A stretch of 64,000 nucleotides of DNA. Origin: a virus (Duplodnaviria; Caudoviricetes). The notes beneath the pieces were generated by a model. It had not been told where the DNA came from and searched no databases. It saw nothing but the letters and a program-made list of their open reading frames with translations. Position numbers and translations under genes: made by a program. Shown piece by piece: positions 35,752 through 46,008 of this stretch (positions within the stretch are counted from its first letter, which is position 1; every line of letters begins with the position of its first letter). The stretch is taken from IMG/VR virus record IMGVR_UViG_3300032219_002522, positions 32,001 through 96,000 of that record. One strand, given 5' to 3'.

Positions 35752-36594
35752 ATGTTGATACATCTAAAAGACTTCAAGAGCTTCTCTTTATTTGAAAATA
35801 TGAAGGTGGAAAAAATAGAACCCGCCGCATATAAGATGGAAACTGTTACAGAATTACCCTATATGAGCTATATAGAAGAAAATCGTAACAATTTTTTAAA
35901 AAAATTAATCAAAATATCAGAGGAGCTTGGCATAAAGCCACAATGGCTATTACACACTATATTTCACGAAAGTAGATTCGATCCAAAATATAAAGACGAA
36001 ATGTCGGGACAAGTTGGATTATTATCATTTCTACCATCAGTTTTAAAAAATTTTATAAATCCTGACACGGGTAAAAATTACAGTCCAAACGATGTATTGG
36101 AGATGAGTAATGTTGATCAGTTGGATTTAGTTAGAGCTTTCTATAAAACATGGCTTAGTGAAATGAATCTTAAGGGTGAAATATCACCGGGTGATTTTGC
36201 ATCTATAACTTTTTATCCTGAAGCTATTAGGAAAGATTGGAAATGGGAATTTCCTTCTTATATTGTAGATACTAACGTCGAGACTTTTAAAAAATTCCCA
36301 TCTGGATCTGGTAAATCTAAAAAGAATTACTATGAGTACATAGATCAAGTATTTAATAGCGACGAGGAGCAAGACGATAATAACAACTATATACTAGGAA
36401 ACTTTAGTGGTGCTTTCGCTGATCCTCAATCATATAGAGAAAAAAAGCCATTAGAATATTATAGAGGAGTTCTTGATTCAATAGAAGATCTCAGTTTAAA
36501 TCAAGAAATACAACAACAGGATCTAGCAAACACGGAAAAACATAAACAGGTTAATGCTAACACTGTACCTTTAGGAATAAATGTAGTAAAATGA
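35752..36594 (+). CDS. Lysozyme/lytic transglycosylase-like virion protein
   Basis: LLHTIFHESRFDP...VGLLSF...MSNVDQLDLV; CTS-like N-terminus. Confidence 0.6.
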   Translation: MLIHLKDFKSFSLFENMKVEKIEPAAYKMETVTELPYMSYIEENRNNFLKKLIKISEELGIKPQWLLHTIFHESRFDPKYKDEMSGQVGLLSFLPSVLKNFINPDTGKNYSPNDVLEMSNVDQLDLVRAFYKTWLSEMNLKGEISPGDFASITFYPEAIRKDWKWEFPSYIVDTNVETFKKFPSGSGKSKKNYYEYIDQVFNSDEEQDDNNNYILGNFSGAFADPQSYREKKPLEYYRGVLDSIEDLSLNQEIQQQDLANTEKHKQVNANTVPLGINVVK

Positions 36595-36872
36595 AACTAA
36601 AAAGAATAAAAGAATTCTCAGTAAAAGAAAATCTAGAATATAGTGGCGAGGATGTAACAAAAATGCCAATAATAGGAAAGGTTATTACTCATCCTATTGG
36701 ACCTTTTGATGAAGGAGAATATGATATAGTAGAAATAATAGATGCTCCAGACGATAAAGATATCTATGTCTGTAATAAATGGTATAAAGAATATAAAAGA
36801 ATACCACAGATTATACATTCAGATCTGGTAAAAGAATATATTCCTGTTGAAAAATTCGGGAACTTTTATTAA
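36591..36872 (+). CDS. Hypothetical protein
   Basis: ORF track. Confidence 0.55.
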   Translation: MKLKRIKEFSVKENLEYSGEDVTKMPIIGKVITHPIGPFDEGEYDIVEIIDAPDDKDIYVCNKWYKEYKRIPQIIHSDLVKEYIPVEKFGNFY

Positions 36873-36981
36873 TAAGGTTATATAATAATAGAACTAGAGG
36901 TTTCTAGTCACTTCCCGGTCAACAAGCCGTAGAGTTTTCAGAAATGGAAGCAAAGGAAGGGGCCAAAATAAAATAATCTTT

Positions 36982-37740
36982 ATGTATTATTCAACGCCAA
37001 GCGTGATGTCGGCATGTACTGCTCACATTACAAAAAACAGAAATAGATCTAAGATCTATGAGAATTCCGTCTATTTAAAAGACGGTGAAAATTTCGAGAT
37101 TGAATTATTCAATCCAACAACGTCAAGGGTACTTGCAAAAATCACTATCAACGGTAATAGTATTTCTAATTCAGGAATTGTTCTAAAGCCGGGAGAAAGA
37201 GTTTATCTGGAAAGATTTATTGATTCAAATAACAAATTTGTTTTTGAAACATATCAAGTCGAAGGGTCAAAAGAAGCTTTAAATGCCATCAGAAATAATG
37301 GTATTGTTGAGGTTTCTTTTTATACCGAGATTACTACATCCACTTACACATCAAATCCTGGATCTTTTACAATTGGAAATAATAGTGGATACGTACCAGG
37401 TACATTGTATGATACTTATAATGCTCCATTTGGAGGTACTACAGTAAATCATCTTTTTACAACTACAAGTTTTACTAATGATTCATTAGGTGTTAATGCT
37501 AACGTATCAAAAAGTGTTGAGACTGGTAGAATAGAAAAAGGAGATTCTAGTAATCAATTATTTGAAACCGTGAATGGAAATTTTAGTAACTTTTCTACAA
37601 GTTCCGTTTCGATTAAATTACTTCCTGAATCGCAAAAACCAGTTGAGGTTTCTTCAATTAGGAATTATTGTACAAATTGCGGAACAAGAATGAAAAAACA
37701 ATCTTGGAAATTCTGTCCAAGTTGTGGATCTAAAATCTAA
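36982..37740 (+). CDS. Hypothetical protein with a C-terminal zinc ribbon
   Basis: CTNCG...CPSCG. Confidence 0.65.
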   Translation: MYYSTPSVMSACTAHITKNRNRSKIYENSVYLKDGENFEIELFNPTTSRVLAKITINGNSISNSGIVLKPGERVYLERFIDSNNKFVFETYQVEGSKEALNAIRNNGIVEVSFYTEITTSTYTSNPGSFTIGNNSGYVPGTLYDTYNAPFGGTTVNHLFTTTSFTNDSLGVNANVSKSVETGRIEKGDSSNQLFETVNGNFSNFSTSSVSIKLLPESQKPVEVSSIRNYCTNCGTRMKKQSWKFCPSCGSKI

Positions 37741-37752
37741 ACCCTACTACAC

Positions 37753-37780
37753 AAAAAACCCAGGAGAAATCCTGGGTTTG
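37753..37780. terminator. Probable bidirectional terminator between convergent genes
   Basis: AAACCCAGGA-GAAA-TCCTGGGTTT. Confidence 0.8.
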
Positions 37781-37786
37781 TAGTTT

Positions 37787-38587
37787 TTATAGATATCTTT
37801 CCCAATCCTGAGCCATCTCAGCTTGAGAGATTTCTGAGTCTGTGTAAGGTCTTATATTTTTTAATGGGGTTCCTTGATAAGCCATATAAGCATCTTTAGG
37901 AACTGGTATTTGATATTCAGGAGAAACGTTTGCAGATCCTCCATAACCTGCTGTTGTAGGAGTAGTAGATATTTTTGGTGCATCTTTTGGACCAAATATC
38001 CAATTATAAGCTTTATATCCTGTTTTTAGTTCGGATGTTGTTGATCTTAAAGATTTAATCTTAGCGGTATCGGATGCTAAAGCTGTTAATTTTGCACCTC
38101 CACCCATGACGAAGTTTTTAAGAGATCCTATAATTTTACCTACGAAAGGACCTATCCCAGAAAATTTAGTCATAAACTTAGAGCTCTTTAAGAAAGCTGT
38201 TATCTTAGGAAAAAATTTAGCTACTAAATTAATTAGTGGTTTAAGTATAGTAGATCCTAAGGCTTTACCTTTTCCCAACGCTTTAACTAGAAGTGATCCT
38301 CCAGCTCCTATGTATTGTCCAAAAATAGGTATTAGTCCAATAGCACATAAGCCAGCTAATAAGTATTCTCCTTGTTTAGCATAAGAAACTAGATTTATAC
38401 CTTCTGCTACAGATCCAACCCCTGGTATAAGGGCAGCAAAGTCTAACACAGTATTGTACCATGCTTCCATTATAGCAGGATCATCACTTTCCAAATAATT
38501 TAAAGATTCTTTAATCTGGTCTTCAGAAAAAAAGTTAATTGGAGCACTCTCGAATAAATAATTTTCTATAGAAAGAATGTTATTCAT
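37787..38587 (-). CDS. Pre-toxin TG (PT-TG)-like domain protein with CTS-like N-terminus
   Basis: LDFAALIPGVGSVAEGINLVSYAKQGEY..AGL.AIGLIPIFG. Confidence 0.6.
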   Translation of the reverse strand: MNNILSIENYLFESAPINFFSEDQIKESLNYLESDDPAIMEAWYNTVLDFAALIPGVGSVAEGINLVSYAKQGEYLLAGLCAIGLIPIFGQYIGAGGSLLVKALGKGKALGSTILKPLINLVAKFFPKITAFLKSSKFMTKFSGIGPFVGKIIGSLKNFVMGGGAKLTALASDTAKIKSLRSTTSELKTGYKAYNWIFGPKDAPKISTTPTTAGYGGSANVSPEYQIPVPKDAYMAYQGTPLKNIRPYTDSEISQAEMAQDWERYL

Positions 38588-38647
38588 ATTTTTTTATTCT
38601 ATATATCCTTCTATGAAATTTTTAATTAGTACATTCGTATAAGTATC

Positions 38648-38995
38648 ATGCTTTACAGATCTAATAAAATTTATGTAGATGATTCGCCTGTTCATGGGAG
38701 GGGTGTTTTTGCTTCCGAAGCAATAAAGAGCGGAGAGATATTAGAGGAGTGTCATTACATAAAAGTACCAGAGGATATAGGATATCCCGAAATATTAAAA
38801 GAGCACTTCTTTAGTTGGCCAAAAGGAGAAAGCGGATTAGCCATATGCTTAGGATATGGAAGCATATTTAATCATTCAGATAATGAAAGTAATGCAGACT
38901 GGCAAACAGATACATTAAAGAATAAAATAATTTTCTTTACAACAAGGAATATAGAAGCGGGCGAAGAAATATTTACAAATTATCAAAAATATTAA
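38648..38995 (+). CDS. SET-domain lysine methyltransferase
   Basis: HGRGVFA, IFNHSD..NA, IEAGEEIFTNY. Confidence 0.9.
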   Translation: MLYRSNKIYVDDSPVHGRGVFASEAIKSGEILEECHYIKVPEDIGYPEILKEHFFSWPKGESGLAICLGYGSIFNHSDNESNADWQTDTLKNKIIFFTTRNIEAGEEIFTNYQKY

Positions 38996-39061
38996 CAGAA
39001 TCATTTTTTAAAAAGGGGGCTTTACTCTACATTTGGTATATAAAAATAAAACAAAAACAAA

Positions 39062-39319
39062 ATGGAACCAGAAGAAATAAACAAGCATTTAAATTTCGAA
39101 GAAGAGATTGATAAAATGTATGATCAGCAATCCAGAAAATTGTATTCTTATATTGAAAGAGAGGGTGAAAAAGCATTCGAAAAAGAAAGCCCCTTGTACA
39201 AATTCTTAGAAAGTGATCTTTTCGAAAGACTGATTTCACACTTCGAATCTACTGAGGAATATGAAAAATGTGCTTACATTTTAAAATTATCTCAGAATGT
39301 AAAAGATAAGATCTCTTAA
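39062..39319 (+). CDS. Small protein with UVR-like EEYEKCA helix
   Basis: HFESTEEYEKCAYI; TACATTTG promoter at 39028. Confidence 0.6.
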   Translation: MEPEEINKHLNFEEEIDKMYDQQSRKLYSYIEREGEKAFEKESPLYKFLESDLFERLISHFESTEEYEKCAYILKLSQNVKDKIS

Positions 39320-39357
39320 AATTGAAACTTTATTCTGATTTTCCATATAATTAATAT

Positions 39358-39615
39358 ATGGGAAAAGGAAAAAGATATATCAAAAAATCTGCTGATGGCA
39401 GATTTTTTTTGCATATAAAGGCACCTGAGTACTCTATAGATCCAGAAAAGAAAAGTAAATTGTGGCTTTCTTCGCCATATCTTTTAGAGGAGTCATTAAA
39501 ACAGGACCCTAAAAATACAGAACAAACACTTGACTTCCTAATAAAGTGGAACGAAATAAATCAAAATTTCGAAACTTGTTCAAAGCTCCTTCATTTAAAA
39601 AATAGCATAGAATAA
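39358..39615 (+). CDS. Hypothetical protein
   Basis: ORF after GAAAC-N17-TATAA. Confidence 0.55.
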   Translation: MGKGKRYIKKSADGRFFLHIKAPEYSIDPEKKSKLWLSSPYLLEESLKQDPKNTEQTLDFLIKWNEINQNFETCSKLLHLKNSIE

Positions 39616-39688
39616 TATATTCCTGAGATTTTCGAATCAAAACAAAAAATCATAGTATAATATTTATATGTAATTAAAAATTGGTATT

Positions 39689-39994
39689 ATGAGTATTTTT
39701 TTTGATAGTGAGGGTCTTAATTTAGGTAGAATGATTTCTCATTCTAAATCAGGATATATGGATAAATTTCCAGGTAACGAAGTTTATTTTAATTCAAACA
39801 TTTTTGTTTTAGGAGAGGGTAAAATTTGGTATGGCGATATCGACGTAACAAAAGAAAGAGACAAATTAGAAAATATAGCAAAAGAAATTGGTAAAGATCT
39901 ATACATCCTAAGAGAGATGGAAGGAAGATTCGGAAATGAAAATCTTGAAGATTCTGAAATTATCAAGAGATGTATATGTAAAATAAGTAAATAA
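39689..39994 (+). CDS. Hypothetical protein
   Basis: ORF track. Confidence 0.6.
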   Translation: MSIFFDSEGLNLGRMISHSKSGYMDKFPGNEVYFNSNIFVLGEGKIWYGDIDVTKERDKLENIAKEIGKDLYILREMEGRFGNENLEDSEIIKRCICKISK

Positions 39995-40005
39995 GAAAAA
40001 TAAAG

Positions 40006-41178
40006 ATGGCAAAAAAAGAATTTTCATTCGCAGAATTAGACAAAGCCCTATCGAAGATTGATGGGTTTGAAATGGGATCAATTTTAGAAAATAATGATTT
40101 CTCCGAAGTCGGAGATTGGATTCCTACAGGTAACTATTTATTGAACGCACAATTATCAGGTACTTTATTTGGTGGTATTGCAAACAATAGATCAATAGGT
40201 ATTGCAGGAGATCCACAAACTGGTAAATCTTTCTTATGTATGAATATTGTAAGGGAGTCACAGAAAAAAGGATACAACGTAATTTATTGCGATACAGAAG
40301 GTGCTATTGATAAAACAGGAGCAAAAAAATTCGGTATCGATACTAATACAGTACGTTACCAACCAATCAAGACAATTTCAGACTTTAAAGTATTTGTTGC
40401 CAACCTGGTAGATAAAGTTAAAGCATACAGAAAAGAAGGAGCAGATCCTAAAATTGCTATCATTCTCGATTCACTAGGTATGTTATCAACAGATAAAGAA
40501 ACTGGTGATGCTTTAAAAGGTAAAAGCGTAATGGATATGGGTATTAGATCTAAAGAATTAAGATCTTTATTCAGGGTTATTACATTAGATCTTACTGCAG
40601 TTAAGATCCCTTTAATTTGTACTAATCACACTACTACAGGTAACATTGGGGGTTTTATGCCAACAAAAGAAGCTGCTGGTGGTGATGGACCTATCTTCTC
40701 AATGAGTAACGTTATTATGCTTTCTAAAGCTCAGTTAAAAGAAGGAAGCGATAACACAAGAACCGGTATTGTTGTTACATCTACGCCAAAGAAAGCAAGA
40801 TTTACTAGGCCTTACCCAGTTAAATTTCATATTTCATTTATGAATGGTATGAATGCTTATGTTGGATTACAAGATTTCGTTTCTTGGGACATTTGTGGTA
40901 TCGAAAGAGGAAAACTTGAAGTAGATAAGAAAACAGGCGAAATGGAATTTACTCCTAATGCTTCGTCAACTCGTTGGGCAATTAAGCACTTAGGAAAAAC
41001 TGTTACTTCTTCTCAGCTATTCTCCTCTGAAATATTTACGGATGAAGTATTACATATGATTGACGATAAAGCAATTAAACCACATTTCTTATTGCCAGAT
41101 CTTTTCGATGACAATGAATTAGCAATCTTAGCTAATCCAGAGAGTGAAGAAGAAATAGAAGAAAATGGAGAAGAGTAA
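40006..41178 (+). CDS. uvsX: UvsX/RecA recombinase
   Basis: AGDPQTGKS, YCDTEGA, ILDSLGML, CTNH. Confidence 0.9.
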   Translation: MAKKEFSFAELDKALSKIDGFEMGSILENNDFSEVGDWIPTGNYLLNAQLSGTLFGGIANNRSIGIAGDPQTGKSFLCMNIVRESQKKGYNVIYCDTEGAIDKTGAKKFGIDTNTVRYQPIKTISDFKVFVANLVDKVKAYRKEGADPKIAIILDSLGMLSTDKETGDALKGKSVMDMGIRSKELRSLFRVITLDLTAVKIPLICTNHTTTGNIGGFMPTKEAAGGDGPIFSMSNVIMLSKAQLKEGSDNTRTGIVVTSTPKKARFTRPYPVKFHISFMNGMNAYVGLQDFVSWDICGIERGKLEVDKKTGEMEFTPNASSTRWAIKHLGKTVTSSQLFSSEIFTDEVLHMIDDKAIKPHFLLPDLFDDNELAILANPESEEEIEENGEE

Positions 41179-41458
41179 ACTTAAAATGAAATATCTCCTG
41201 GGTATATGGAAGGATCTCCCAGAATATCCAACTAAGGAAGATATAATCTACGAATTAAATTCTTACCTAGTTAGGGACGGTAGACCAGATGGTGATTTTT
41301 CTAAACAGACATTTAATTCATTCTTAAATCCTGGATGGGAGAAAACTAATCACGGAAAAATGGTAAAAGAATTAATAGAGAGCGAGATTTTTGAAAAAAC
41401 TGAAAAAAGTATAGGGAATAAAAATTGGTATAAAATAAAGGACAATCCACATTATTAG
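41165..41458 (+). CDS. Hypothetical protein
   Basis: ORF in the replication operon. Confidence 0.6.
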   Translation: MEKSKLKMKYLLGIWKDLPEYPTKEDIIYELNSYLVRDGRPDGDFSKQTFNSFLNPGWEKTNHGKMVKELIESEIFEKTEKSIGNKNWYKIKDNPHY

Positions 41459-41461
41459 AAA

Positions 41462-42763
41462 ATGCAGAATCAACACTTAGAAAATATTTGGTTTAGAGCT
41501 GTTATAGATAATCCGGCTTATATAGATGCTACAGATGTTAGTTTTTTTAAAAACACAGACTATCAGGAAGCATTCAAAGTTATAAAATCTTTTTGGAAAA
41601 AATATCAACAGATACCTAGTAAAATTCAAGTAAGAGAATCAGCAAAGCTTTTAAAGATAGACGATAAACTAACGGATTCTTTATTAGATTCAATGTGGTT
41701 AATAAATCTAGAAGATTACGATAGTGAATGGCTTCAGCAAAATGTAGAATCCTGGGTTGAATGGAAAACCCTAGAAAAAAGTGCTGTTGATTCAATAAAT
41801 TATATAAGGAGTACTGAAGTAACCCCTGATAATATCAAGGACGTAATTAATACCTATAAATCAATAGTAGTCGACAGGAATAAGGTCGACTTTTCTTTTG
41901 ATATGGGTCTTAACTTCAGGGATCCTGAATCACACAAGCAGCCTTCTAACCTAACATTCTCTAGTGGATATGATTATATCGATTTCTGTTTAGGCGGAGG
42001 ATTTTCAGCAAAAGGTCTATATGTTTTATTAGGACAACCTAAAGTTGGTAAAACATTATGGCTAGGAAACATAGCAACTCAAGCTATCCGTGCATCTAAT
42101 AATGTTGCTATTATTACATTAGAGCTTGGCGATAGTAAATACATGAAAAGGCTTGGATCAAATCTTTTAGGCATTAGAATGTCCGAATATAAAGAGACTG
42201 CTGAAAATGATGCGCTCATAAAAAAGAAAATCACCAATTTAGCTTTTGAAAATTTAAGAACTCCAGGAGAATTAGTAGTTAAAGAATTTCCCACATCTCA
42301 AGCTTCTGCAATAGATGTTGAAAATTGGCTAACAAAGGTTGAACAGATAATGGGAATAAAATTTAAAATAGTTATTATCGACTATATTAACATCATGAAG
42401 AACTGGAGAAATCCAAATTCAGAAAATACATATATGAAGATCAAGCAAATCGCAGAGGATTTAAGAGCTGCAGCACAAAGAAACCATTGGGCTATTGTTA
42501 CTGCAACTCAAACAAAACAAAGCGAATTCGATGCTACAGATCTAAGTATGAACTCAGCATCTGAATCATCGGGATTAGTTGCTACAGTTGATGGGATGTT
42601 TGGTATTATTCAAGATCCTATGATGTACACAAATAATGAATACAAGCTAAAGTTATTAGCAAATAGGGACGAGGGATATAAAAATTCCTACAAGAAATTT
42701 ATTGTTGACTACAATCACATGAGAATTTCGGAGGATCCCAATTCTCAAATAATGAATGATTAA
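41462..42763 (+). CDS. DnaB-like replicative helicase (T4 gp41-like)
   Basis: GQPKVGKT, ITLE, IIDYINIM, VTATQT, SESSGL. Confidence 0.92.
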   Translation: MQNQHLENIWFRAVIDNPAYIDATDVSFFKNTDYQEAFKVIKSFWKKYQQIPSKIQVRESAKLLKIDDKLTDSLLDSMWLINLEDYDSEWLQQNVESWVEWKTLEKSAVDSINYIRSTEVTPDNIKDVINTYKSIVVDRNKVDFSFDMGLNFRDPESHKQPSNLTFSSGYDYIDFCLGGGFSAKGLYVLLGQPKVGKTLWLGNIATQAIRASNNVAIITLELGDSKYMKRLGSNLLGIRMSEYKETAENDALIKKKITNLAFENLRTPGELVVKEFPTSQASAIDVENWLTKVEQIMGIKFKIVIIDYINIMKNWRNPNSENTYMKIKQIAEDLRAAAQRNHWAIVTATQTKQSEFDATDLSMNSASESSGLVATVDGMFGIIQDPMMYTNNEYKLKLLANRDEGYKNSYKKFIVDYNHMRISEDPNSQIMND

Positions 42764-43236
42764 TGAAAAAACAAAAAAAGCTAATCGAAGATGAAAAAGA
42801 TGACCTTAACATAGAGGGAGAATCAGAGGATTCGAAAAAGAATGATGTCGAGGATGAGGAATTTGAGATTGATTCATCTTTAGACTACAGAAACTTACAA
42901 TCTGTTGTTACTTATGAGGATGAGGATTACATATATTCTTGTAATTTAAACGATAAGATAGATGAGATATTTCAAGAATCCAGATGGACAGTAATAAGTC
43001 CTAGTAAAAAAATACCAAAGGATCTTATCCCTCTAATTTTTCAAGATATACTAAAAGAGTTAGAAAATACTGAATTCAGTATGGTAGAAAAATTTGTCGC
43101 TATTTGTGACTATACAGCGATAAATTACCAGAAAGCCTATGAATCTATTCATATGAAATATAAAGAGCTTATAGTGCAAGAAATGGACCAAAAATACGGT
43201 ATTTTAGGTAAGAAAGGAATCAAAAAGATATTTTAA
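42763..43236 (+). CDS. Hypothetical protein
   Basis: ORF in operon. Confidence 0.55.
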   Translation: MKKQKKLIEDEKDDLNIEGESEDSKKNDVEDEEFEIDSSLDYRNLQSVVTYEDEDYIYSCNLNDKIDEIFQESRWTVISPSKKIPKDLIPLIFQDILKELENTEFSMVEKFVAICDYTAINYQKAYESIHMKYKELIVQEMDQKYGILGKKGIKKIF

Positions 43237-44348
43237 TGGAGAAATTTCCCAATATTAAAAGAATAATATTTATTACTGATACACATCTAGGGGTTAGAAA
43301 TAATTCTAATGATTGGATTGAGATACATGAAAATTATTTTAAGAACTGGTTTATACCTTTATGCAAGAAGATTTATAAACCAGGGGATTGTCTTGTACAC
43401 CTAGGAGATGTATATGATAGCAGACAATCATTAAATCTTAGAGTTCTTAATTTAGGAATAGAAATATTCGAGGAACTATCCGGTATTTTTAAGGATGGTA
43501 TTTTTATAATATGTGGTAACCACGACATATACGGAAAAAATACCAACGAGGTAAACTCACTAAAATCTTTAAAATGGATTCCTAGAATAAAAATATACGA
43601 AGAGCCAGAATCTATAATAATGGGAGACAGAAAAGTTTTTCTTATGCCATGGAGAAAAGACCATGAGGCAGAAAGAGAGACTTTAAATAAAGTAAGCGAG
43701 GCTCACAATTATATGTTTTGCCATACAGACTTAAAGGGTTTAATGTTTAATAAGTTTGTTAGGATAGACGAAGGATTAGAATATACAGACATAGATAAAT
43801 TCGAAAGGGTATATTCTGGTCATATACACTACTCACAAACTTTTGGGAAAATGAGAATGTTAGGATCACCGTATCAACTTACAAGATCTGATACTGACAA
43901 CCCAAAAGGAATAACTGTTTTAGATCTAGAGACTGGATATGAGGATTACTACGATAATAACTACTCCCCTAAGTTTATAAGAATGACCTTCGATAAGGTT
44001 TTAAATTCTAATCCTGCAGAATTAAACCCTATATTCAAAAACAATTTTATAGATATACTTGTAGATCCGGAATTAGCTGTAAAAGCTCCATTAGGCCTGT
44101 TAACCGAGTATGTAAATCCTCCTCTTAAAATATCATTTACTCCTATAACAAACCCAGACCAGGAAGTTATAGATGAAGGATTCCATGACCTAGAGGGAAA
44201 GAACTTTTCTATATTAGATCTTACCAGACTTTATTTAGAAAAGTGCAATTATGAGGACGAGAAAAAAACTAAAATATACAACGCAATAGAAAAACTGTTG
44301 AATAAAATATCTGTACAAGTTAAGGAAGATGAAGATCAAGAAGATTGA
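43236..44348 (+). CDS. Recombination nuclease subunit (gp47/Mre11/SbcD-like)
   Basis: DTHLG, HLGDVYD, GNHD, SGHIH. Confidence 0.92.
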   Translation: MEKFPNIKRIIFITDTHLGVRNNSNDWIEIHENYFKNWFIPLCKKIYKPGDCLVHLGDVYDSRQSLNLRVLNLGIEIFEELSGIFKDGIFIICGNHDIYGKNTNEVNSLKSLKWIPRIKIYEEPESIIMGDRKVFLMPWRKDHEAERETLNKVSEAHNYMFCHTDLKGLMFNKFVRIDEGLEYTDIDKFERVYSGHIHYSQTFGKMRMLGSPYQLTRSDTDNPKGITVLDLETGYEDYYDNNYSPKFIRMTFDKVLNSNPAELNPIFKNNFIDILVDPELAVKAPLGLLTEYVNPPLKISFTPITNPDQEVIDEGFHDLEGKNFSILDLTRLYLEKCNYEDEKKTKIYNAIEKLLNKISVQVKEDEDQED

Positions 44349-45996
44349 ATGGAGAAACGTTGCCTCTTATGGTAACAAAATCCAAAAATTAGAGTTGCCT
44401 GAAAAGTCAGGATTAATACAAGTAGTTGGTGAGAATGGGGTAGGAAAATCTACGATATCAGATGTGATTACTTTTGGTCTTTATGGAAAGTTAGAGGGTA
44501 AAAAATTAAAGGACATACCAAACCGATCCAATAAGAATTCCTGGATGAAGATATCCTTTGAACAGGATGGTAAAACTTATGAAGTGGAAAGAGGATTAGA
44601 GCCATCTCTTTTTCAATTGTCTATTGATGGAAGTATCTATGACCAAGCAGGAAAAAGCAATGTTCAGGATTACTTAAGTGACGATATTTTAAAAATCCCA
44701 TACTACGTTTTTAATAACACAATATCCTTATCAATAAACGACTTCAAGAGTTTTTTAAAAATGAGCACTGCAGACAAGAAGCTCATAATAGACAAGATAT
44801 TTGGATTCTATATTTTAAACGAGATGAGGGATGTTCTAAAAGAAGAGAGCAAAAGTATAAAGTCATCTATCGATAGATTATCGGGAGAGATATTTGCTAC
44901 TGGAAGATCTATAGCAGCTTCACAAAAAGAATTAGAAGAACTACAACAGAAGATTATAGAAAATTCAGGAAATGAGATAGAAAAGACTGAGGACCAGTTA
45001 GAAAACTATAGGTCCCTTTTACAATTACATACAGATAGGATTAAATCATTCAGAACTAAAGAAAATGAAGTAAACAAATCTGTAACGGCATCTTACGAGA
45101 AATATAGCGACTTAGTATCGAAAATGAAAGAACTAGATACTAAAATAAACCTATACAATCAAGATAAGTGTCCAACCTGTTCTTCTGACCTATCCACCGA
45201 ATTTCATAAATCCATATTTGATGATTTATGTAAGCTTAAGGAAAAGTATCAGGAGGATATAAAGATTTTAAAATCTAACTACGAGGATGCTAAAAAAGCA
45301 CAAAATAAAATAACAGAAACAAAGAACGATCTTTTCTCTAAAGGAAGTAAAATTGAAACAGGTATTAAAACCCTGCAAAATAAAATAAAGGATCTTAAAA
45401 CAGCTAAAAACAATGACGAAGCTAATTCTATAAGGAAGTTATTGTCACAAGCAAATGAAGATTTAACAGTTTTCAATCAAGAAAAATCATCATTCGAGGA
45501 AAAACAGGGATGGATAAAAACTTTAGATGAAGTTCTTAGTGAAAAGGGTGTAAAGCAATTAGCTATAAAATCAATACTGCCTTCATTAAACAATGAGATA
45601 TTAAATACTCTTCTATCACTACACTTACCTTACAAAGTAGTTTTCAACGAGGAGTTCAATGCTCAGATATTTCATCTAGGTGAAGAAATATCTCCACAGA
45701 CGCTTTCGACTGGGGAAATGAAAAAAGTAGATTTTGCTGTACTTATAGCAGTAATAAAACTAATGAAAATAAGATTCTCCTCCGTAAATATACTTTTCCT
45801 GGATGAAATATTTAGTTCTGTAGATCCTGACGGAGTTCATAGCATACTTACTACATTGAGAAAACTATCGGATGATCTCAATATGAATATTTTTGTAATA
45901 AACCATGCTCCTATGCCTACCGAGATATTTGATTACAAAATTGAAATATCTAAGAAGAATAATTTTTCAGATATTCTTTTTGAAAAACTGTCGTAG
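44329..45996 (+). CDS. Recombination ATPase subunit (gp46/Rad50/SbcC-like)
   Basis: GENGVGKS, CPTC zinc hook, LSTGE, LFLDEIF. Confidence 0.92.
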   Translation: MKIKKIEWRNVASYGNKIQKLELPEKSGLIQVVGENGVGKSTISDVITFGLYGKLEGKKLKDIPNRSNKNSWMKISFEQDGKTYEVERGLEPSLFQLSIDGSIYDQAGKSNVQDYLSDDILKIPYYVFNNTISLSINDFKSFLKMSTADKKLIIDKIFGFYILNEMRDVLKEESKSIKSSIDRLSGEIFATGRSIAASQKELEELQQKIIENSGNEIEKTEDQLENYRSLLQLHTDRIKSFRTKENEVNKSVTASYEKYSDLVSKMKELDTKINLYNQDKCPTCSSDLSTEFHKSIFDDLCKLKEKYQEDIKILKSNYEDAKKAQNKITETKNDLFSKGSKIETGIKTLQNKIKDLKTAKNNDEANSIRKLLSQANEDLTVFNQEKSSFEEKQGWIKTLDEVLSEKGVKQLAIKSILPSLNNEILNTLLSLHLPYKVVFNEEFNAQIFHLGEEISPQTLSTGEMKKVDFAVLIAVIKLMKIRFSSVNILFLDEIFSSVDPDGVHSILTTLRKLSDDLNMNIFVINHAPMPTEIFDYKIEISKKNNFSDILFEKLS

Positions 45997-46008
45997 GATA
46001 TATAAAAC

